This document shows positions 58,285-64,000 of a stretch of DNA of 64,000 bases, piece after piece. The position numbers were made by a program, and so were the translations under genes. This DNA comes from Spirochaetia bacterium (GTDB lineage: Bacteria; Spirochaetota; Spirochaetia; DSM-2461). Each line of letters begins with the position of its first letter. Position 1 is the stretch's first letter. The notes beneath the pieces are model-generated. The model had not been told where the DNA came from and searched no databases. It saw nothing but the letters and a program-made list of their open reading frames with translations. Location: positions 1,856,001-1,920,000 of the forward strand of contig OY764216.1 of the NCBI GenBank assembly GCA_963668315.1, read 5' to 3'.

Positions 58285-59382
58285 GTCCTGGTACTGCCGC
58301 GGGGGTCCCTCTGCGGGGGGATACGCTTTTTTTTTGTCTCCCTGGTTCTGCTGATCAGTTCCTCTCGCAGGGTCATTCCCGCCCTTATGGTCTTTTCCGG
58401 ACTCAATCTCATACTCGTGCTTTTCGTCTTTTCTTCGGGATGCGCCCTTTCCCGGGTATATCTGGGCCGGTTGAGAAGGAGGCGTCTCGTCCTGGGAAGG
58501 GAAGAGGAGTTTTTCATCCCCGCGGGAAGCAGGATCCTTTACACCATAGCCGTGGGAAGAACGGGGAAAAGATCGGATTTGAGGTTTCCCCTTTTTGATA
58601 TCTCCTACAGGGTGGAGCTGACCTGGTTCCATAGAACCGGCCGGCATATCTGGAGACACTGGGAGAAAATCCTTCCCCTGAGCGAAAATGCCGAGGGGGG
58701 AATCGAGGTGGAACAAACCGGTCTTCTGAGGGGAGACTACCGGGGGAGGGACGGTTTTTTTATCAGCGACTGGTTCGGCTTTTTCCGCTTTTCCCTCATC
58801 TCTTCCCGGCCGCTTCAGGTCAGAGTCACGATTCCCGGGGAGGAGCAGACCCCTCTCTTCACCCCCTCCCCCCGGGCGGAAGGAGTGTCTTCCTTCGTAT
58901 CCCTTCCCTCCGAGGAAGAGATGGTGGAGAACCGTCCCTACTATCCCGGCGACGACCCGCGCAGAATAAACTGGAAGCAGTACGCCCGCTTTGACGATCT
59001 CTTTATCAGAACCTCCCACAATCCCATTCCCCGGAACAAGCTGGTTCTCTGCGTTCTTTCGGCGGAGGAGTGCGGCCTGGAAGAGACGGATCTGCGCGCC
59101 GCCTTCTACTTGGGAATCTGCCGCCGCCTCGAGGAGAAGGGCTGTCAGGTATTCACCCTCCTGCCCTGTCAGGAGGAGATGATGCGTTCCGGCTACAGCG
59201 GAATTCCCTCCGTGGCGCCGGGAGATAGGCTTCCCGCTCCCTTTACCTCCCCGGGGCATGTGGTTTTTATCGGAAAAAGGGGAAGCCCGGAGGAAATCCG
59301 CTGGAAACATCAGGCCGGAGATCAGGGAATCTCCTTCAGCCTGTTTGATCCGATGGATTTTGGGGAAGGAGGGCGTCCTTGA
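58256..59382 (+). CDS. DUF58 family protein; 5' end appears split by a frameshift at the G6/T9 runs (58315-58335)
   Basis: RGDY, DWFGF, RPYYPGDDPRRINWK.YAR in ORF 58387-59382; a plausible N-terminus from ATG 58256 lies in another frame. Confidence 0.8.
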
Positions 59383-61436
59383 ACATCCTATCGGCCCTGG
59401 TCATGGGTATGGCCGGTTTTCTGCCCCTGGCAGAGTACCACTGGCTCTGCGGCGGTGAATTCTCTCTGCTCCTGGGAGCGCTCTTTCTTGCCGGCGGCTG
59501 GGGTATTGCCCTCCTGGGAGATGCCCTTCGCACCCGCCGGGCATACTGGCTCATCCTGACCGCCGGACTTCTGCTGCCCTGGGCTGTACGGGGGGGCGTT
59601 TTCCTTGTCACCCTTCCCTCCGGGGGAAACGGCTCTTTCTCCTACATCCTCTTTGATACGGATTTTTCCCTGATCCTTCCCCTCTACTATCCTCTTTTTC
59701 TCTTCTTCTGGCTCAGCCTTGCCCGGCCGGGAGCCGCCCCTCTGCTCCTCTCCTTCCTTATGCTGATTTCCGGAGCGGGCCTTCTTTTCTACCGGGGCTG
59801 GGATACGGGCAGAGAAGCCTTTGTCCGCACCCTGGCCGGAGCGGGACTCTCTCTTTTTACCGGGATTTACTACCTGGTTCTCTTCCGCCAGCGGATTCTC
59901 TTCCACCGCCGCTCCCTTCTCCGCAGAAGAGAGGGGAATCTGGCCGTCCTCTTTCTTTTTCTCCCCGCTCTTCTGCTCCTTCTGCGCTCCTATGAGGAGA
60001 AAAGCCTTGCCGAGGGAGGAGGCCTTCTGCGAAACGATCTTTTTCAATTCGATTTCTCCGATGTCCTGACTCTGCAGCCGAATATCGCCATGTCCGATGA
60101 GCTGGTCATGCTGTTCAGAAAGGAGGGGGAGGCGGAAAAACTGCTCATCCGCCGTCATGTCCTGGACCTCTACGATAAGGAGAGGGGATTCTACCGGGAA
60201 GGGGACGAAGCATTCATTCCTCCCGGGGGCCTGAAACTGGAGGACCCCGGTTATGAAAACCGGAAGGAGGTCCTTCAGGAGTATTACCTTATCAATATGA
60301 ATCCCTCCGTTTCTCTGGGGCTGAACTACCCTGTGGAAATCGAGGCCTTCAGAAAGTGGGAAGGTTCCTCCTTTCAGAAAGTCCTCCGAACCCGCTCCCT
60401 TGTGGAGGATACGATCAGGCGGAATCTGGCCGGGATTCGGGAGATTGCCCTGCCCGGCGGGGACGGGGAGGCCTATCTCGATTACGGCGGGCGGGAGGAT
60501 ATCGCCGAGCTGGCCCGGGATATTACCGAAAATACAACGGGACCCTACAGAAAAGCCCGGGCCGTGGAAAGGTATCTCAAGACGAATTACGCCTATTCCC
60601 TGAATCCGGGAGTCTCTCTCTACGGCGATCAGCTGGGGTATTTTCTCTTTGTTTCCCAAAAGGGGTACTGCTCCTATTTCGCCTTCGCCATGACTCTGAT
60701 GATGAGGTCCCTGGGTATTCCCGCCCGTGTGGCCGTTGGTTTCTGGGTTGATCCGGATTCGGAAGTCCTGAACTTCTATCCCGTCACGGCGAATCAGGCC
60801 CATGCCTGGGTTGAGGTGTATTTCAATGAGAAGGGGTGGATAGAATTTGATCCCACCTCGGAGATCATGGCCGAAGGGGAGGAGTTCCGTTTCGGCAGCG
60901 TCGATTTTGAACTTTACAACAGTCTGATAGAGGAGATTATCCATCACGATGAGGAGCTTGTTCCCGAGGAGAATCTCTCCTTCCGGGAAGCGGTGGAAAG
61001 CTCACTGAGAAAATCATCCCGATTTTTAAAGAGGTATTTCGCTCATATTCTGATTTCTCTTCTCTGCGGATATATCATGTGGGTTATTCTGCTCCGCCGT
61101 ACACCCGTCGCCGGGCCAGGGGCACAGCCGGCCGGAAAGGCGGCTGCGGCCTATGCAGTACGGATAAAACAGCTTCACCGGGCCGGTTTTCCCGGGAGGC
61201 CGGGGGAGACTCCCTGGGAGTACGCCCTGCGTGTGGAAAAGGAGACCGCTCTTCCCGTCGGGGAGCTGACCCGGCTTTATCTGAAGGCGGAATTTTCACC
61301 CCGGTTCGACGGGGATGACTGGGACTCCTTTGCGGCGCTGCTGGAAAGCTACTCTCTTAAATGGAAGGAACTTCCCCTTTCGCGCCGTGTTCTGAGTACT
61401 CTCTATCCCCTTCCCCAGATAAGGCGGTATATATGA
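59379..61436 (+). CDS. Membrane transglutaminase-like domain protein (TgpA-like, C-terminal DUF4129-like)
   Basis: N-terminal TM bundle; GYCSYFA, AHAWVEV, FDPT (Cys-His-Asp triad); GETPWEYA..Y.KA.F. Confidence 0.9.
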   Translation: MNILSALVMGMAGFLPLAEYHWLCGGEFSLLLGALFLAGGWGIALLGDALRTRRAYWLILTAGLLLPWAVRGGVFLVTLPSGGNGSFSYILFDTDFSLILPLYYPLFLFFWLSLARPGAAPLLLSFLMLISGAGLLFYRGWDTGREAFVRTLAGAGLSLFTGIYYLVLFRQRILFHRRSLLRRREGNLAVLFLFLPALLLLLRSYEEKSLAEGGGLLRNDLFQFDFSDVLTLQPNIAMSDELVMLFRKEGEAEKLLIRRHVLDLYDKERGFYREGDEAFIPPGGLKLEDPGYENRKEVLQEYYLINMNPSVSLGLNYPVEIEAFRKWEGSSFQKVLRTRSLVEDTIRRNLAGIREIALPGGDGEAYLDYGGREDIAELARDITENTTGPYRKARAVERYLKTNYAYSLNPGVSLYGDQLGYFLFVSQKGYCSYFAFAMTLMMRSLGIPARVAVGFWVDPDSEVLNFYPVTANQAHAWVEVYFNEKGWIEFDPTSEIMAEGEEFRFGSVDFELYNSLIEEIIHHDEELVPEENLSFREAVESSLRKSSRFLKRYFAHILISLLCGYIMWVILLRRTPVAGPGAQPAGKAAAAYAVRIKQLHRAGFPGRPGETPWEYALRVEKETALPVGELTRLYLKAEFSPRFDGDDWDSFAALLESYSLKWKELPLSRRVLSTLYPLPQIRRYI

Positions 61437-63175
61437 AAAGGATCTCAGTTCTCATCCTTTTTCTCCTGGCCTCCTTTCTGCAGGGGCAGGAGTCCCGTTC
61501 GGAGGATGATCTGCTCCTCGGGATTGATTATGCCGTCAGCCAGTCGGAGTATGAAAAAGCCCTGGAGCTGATTGACCGGGGCAAGGCCCTCTATCCCGAG
61601 AGCAACCGTTTCCCCGCCAGAGCGGGAGAGCTATATATGGAAAAGAAGCTTTTTAATCTGGCTCTGGAAGAGTTCCGGGAAGCTGAAGCCCTCGATCCCA
61701 CCCCTGCCATCCGCTATGAACTTTCCCGGCTTCACGGGTTCATGGATAATAATGAAGAGTCCGCGTCCTACCTGGAGACACTCCTGGACGATCCCCAGTA
61801 CAAAGAAGATGCCCTGGCCGATCTGTCATGGATGTACTTTAAACTTCACCGGCTGAGAGACGGGGAGGCACTGCTCCTCGGCGCACTGGAGGAGGGGTTC
61901 AACAGAACCTTTGCCCATACCCTGGGAACCGTATACAGCGGGCTATACGAGTATGAGAAGTCGAAGCGTTACTATCTGGAATCCATAGACAGCGCCCTGG
62001 CCGGTTCGGACAACTATTTCTCGGCCGTCGCCTATTACAATCTCGCCCTGCTGGAGATGACCTTCTACAACTATGAACAGGCTCTGGAGTATACCTCCCT
62101 CTCGCTTGATCAGGTAAATCGGCCTTCCGGCCATGTGGCTATGGGCGAACTGCTCCAGCTCTCCCTCGATTATGAAGGGGCCCGGGGGGAATTTCTCGAA
62201 GCCTTCAGCCTTAATGACGAATCTCCCCTGGCCCTTCTGGATCTGGCCGATCTGAACCGGGAGTTCGGCTATCTCGATAAAGCCCTGGAGCAGATAGGAG
62301 ACGTGAGGCGCATCAGTGATAACAGCTGGATGTACTACTACGGGATGAACCGGATGGAATGGGATCTGGACATTACGGAAATACTCATGGACTGTTACGG
62401 GGGGAAGCTCAGGGAGGAATCGGTCACCCTTCACAGGGGGGTGAAGGAGAGGGCGGCCTCCCTGTTCCGCAGGATCCGTTACGGCTGGCTTTTCCGGTAT
62501 CACCGGGGCCATTTCAGGAAACTCTGTCGGACTCTCGGTGAGATACAGCTTTCAGAAAACAATCCCCTCCACGGCTGGACCCTTCTGGCAGAGGGAGCCG
62601 GGGATTACGGGAAAACCGCTTTGTTCTACTGGAAGGCGGCCCGGGATTTTGAAACGGCCCTGACGGAGAGGGCATCATCCTGGTACGACCTGAGAATCGG
62701 AAAAGAAGCGAAAGATGCCGGCCTGCTGGCCCGGGGATACGGGCAGCTCGTTGTCCCCTGGGAGAATTCCCTCCGCTCCGAGGCCCTCGCCGCACGAATC
62801 GGCCTTCTGGGGAGGAAAGGCCGGGGAACCAGGGAATATCGGGAGCTGGTGAATGAAATGTATGGCCTGAACCGGGGCTCTCTCCGGCAGAAGGGACTCA
62901 CTCTTCCTGTCCTTATCGATGTCGCCGGGGATGAGGAGAAAACGCTGGCCCGGTGGCTTTCCCGCCTTCATCCCGGGGGGGATGCGGAAAATCCCTCTCT
63001 GTGCTACCATTTGGTCCTTACCTCCCGGGAAGGGGGCATCTCTTCCTGGCAGGTGATCAGACCCGATGGACGAATCCTTCGGGAAGGACGGCGGGAAACG
63101 CCGCGCCTGGACAGGGAGGGAAGAACGATGCTGATAGAAGCGGTGGAAGATCATCTGTACGGAGGGGGGGAGTGA
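61433..63175 (+). CDS. Exported tetratricopeptide repeat protein
   Basis: Signal peptide MKRISVLILFLLASFLQG, multiple TPR-like repeats; start overlaps the upstream stop. Confidence 0.8.
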   Translation: MKRISVLILFLLASFLQGQESRSEDDLLLGIDYAVSQSEYEKALELIDRGKALYPESNRFPARAGELYMEKKLFNLALEEFREAEALDPTPAIRYELSRLHGFMDNNEESASYLETLLDDPQYKEDALADLSWMYFKLHRLRDGEALLLGALEEGFNRTFAHTLGTVYSGLYEYEKSKRYYLESIDSALAGSDNYFSAVAYYNLALLEMTFYNYEQALEYTSLSLDQVNRPSGHVAMGELLQLSLDYEGARGEFLEAFSLNDESPLALLDLADLNREFGYLDKALEQIGDVRRISDNSWMYYYGMNRMEWDLDITEILMDCYGGKLREESVTLHRGVKERAASLFRRIRYGWLFRYHRGHFRKLCRTLGEIQLSENNPLHGWTLLAEGAGDYGKTALFYWKAARDFETALTERASSWYDLRIGKEAKDAGLLARGYGQLVVPWENSLRSEALAARIGLLGRKGRGTREYRELVNEMYGLNRGSLRQKGLTLPVLIDVAGDEEKTLARWLSRLHPGGDAENPSLCYHLVLTSREGGISSWQVIRPDGRILREGRRETPRLDREGRTMLIEAVEDHLYGGGE

Positions 63176-63861
63176 GGCTCCTGCAGGATGTACGCGTAGC
63201 CTCTCCCGTTCCCTGTCCCTATCGGGAGGGAAAAACCTTTGTGCAGGAGTATTTTTTCGCCGATTCGATGGACGAGAGGGAGTTCGACTATTTTCTCTCC
63301 CGCGGCTGGCGTAGATTCGGAAATTTCTTTTTCCGGCCCCGATGTCCCGGCTGCCGGGCCTGTCGTCCCGTCCGCATAAGCGCAGAGGGGCTTATCCCCG
63401 GATCGGCACAGAGAAAGGCGGTCAATAGGAACCGGGATACCCGGGTCGAATTGAAACCCCTGGCCTACTCCGATGAGATTTTTGAGATATACCGTCTCCA
63501 TTCCTTGAAATTCGGAGAGGAGGAGAGGGATAAGGCGGCTTTCCGGGAGACCTATTTCCAGAAAGCCGTTCCCGCTTTCCAGACGGAGTATTACCGGGAG
63601 GATACCCTGGCTGCCGTAGGATTTGTCGATGTGGGAGCCAGCGGGCTGAGCAGTGTCTACTACTCCTATGATCCCCGCTTCTCCCGCTACAGTCTGGGGA
63701 CCTTCAGTGTTATCCATGAATGCCGTCTGGCCGCCGACGCCGGGCTGGAGTGGTATTATCTGGGGTATTACGTGGCCGAATGCCCCCGCATGGTTTATAA
63801 GGGAAAATTTATGCCCAGGCAGTTTTACAGCTGGGAAAGAGAGCGATGGGAAGATGGATAG
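63172..63861 (+). CDS. Arginyl-tRNA-protein transferase family (Bpt/ATE-like aminoacyl transferase)
   Basis: CPY, GWRRFG..FFRP.C..C..C, LSSVY..YDP, SLGTF, YYLGY....C..M.YK; GTGA overlap. Confidence 0.9.
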   Translation: MRLLQDVRVASPVPCPYREGKTFVQEYFFADSMDEREFDYFLSRGWRRFGNFFFRPRCPGCRACRPVRISAEGLIPGSAQRKAVNRNRDTRVELKPLAYSDEIFEIYRLHSLKFGEEERDKAAFRETYFQKAVPAFQTEYYREDTLAAVGFVDVGASGLSSVYYSYDPRFSRYSLGTFSVIHECRLAADAGLEWYYLGYYVAECPRMVYKGKFMPRQFYSWERERWEDG

Positions 63862-64000
63862 GAAAGCGCTGGAGGAGAGTCTGGACAGGGAAATAGTCTA
63901 TACCTACTCCCGTTCGGGCGGTCCGGGCGGACAGAATGTCAACAAGGTGAACAGCAAGGTAACCGCCGTTCTTGCCATGGAGAAACTGGAGGGACTGACA
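63854..64000 (+). CDS. arfB: Alternative ribosome rescue peptidyl-tRNA hydrolase ArfB (5' part; runs off window end)
   Basis: Not in ORF track: MDRKALEESLDREIVYTYSRSGGPGGQNVNKVNSKV, with the GGQ motif. Confidence 0.9.
   Translation, partial: MDRKALEESLDREIVYTYSRSGGPGGQNVNKVNSKVTAVLAMEKLEGLT

Noticed and set aside
58282..58386. Stop-codon read-through fusing MoxR to DUF58 (same frame across TAA 58282)
   Set aside because: TAA is rarely read through and a MoxR-TM-DUF58 fusion is not expected; the homopolymer frameshift explains the layout better.
59388..60947. Long antisense ORFs (also 30443-31846, 36378-37661, 20034-21164, 40067-41026 and others)
   Set aside because: Shadow frames of well-supported genes, expected from codon bias; no motifs or RBS.
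1..64000. CRISPR arrays, rRNA, tRNA, transposases, integrases, phage genes
   Set aside because: No regularly spaced repeats, cloverleaf or rRNA signatures, or mobile-element motifs seen; almost all space is explained by ordinary CDSs.

Overview
64 kb of gene-dense, moderately GC-rich chromosomal DNA, most likely from a free-living anaerobic spirochaete (Spirochaetaceae-like). This is an inference from gene order (def-fmt-standalone PASTA; ffh-rpsP-khpA-rimM-trmD-rplS) and protein styles. The window holds about 60 CDSs. They cover translation housekeeping, split class I fumarase, superoxide reductase plus rubredoxin, osmoadaptation (MggS-like GT4, TrkAH, fused trehalose TPS-TPP), several signalling proteins, the uncharacterised NifU-like/GGGtGRT pair and a WYL regulator with its target. 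There is also a nitrogen block (AapJQMP-like ABC transporter, LysE, amtB-P-II, an orphan HEPN-like gene) with three sigma54 promoters, a sugar/G3P-type ABC transporter, and a coupled MoxR-DUF58-transglutaminase-TPR-bpt-arfB run. Three genes missing from the ORF track were read directly: pgeF (left edge), rubredoxin and arfB (right edge). I saw no rRNA, tRNA, CRISPR array, transposase or phage gene. Best leads: (1) a sigma54-driven HEPN-like gene with a long structured leader beside amtB-glnK; (2) a duplicated palindromic operator in the amtB promoter; (3) a homopolymer frameshift at the start of the DUF58 gene; (4) a WYL protein with a shortened linker and an operator overlapping its own stop codon; (5) the NifU-like/GGGtGRT pair; (6) a strongly expressed Zn-ribbon microprotein. 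All product calls come from motif recognition by eye; no database searches were run.
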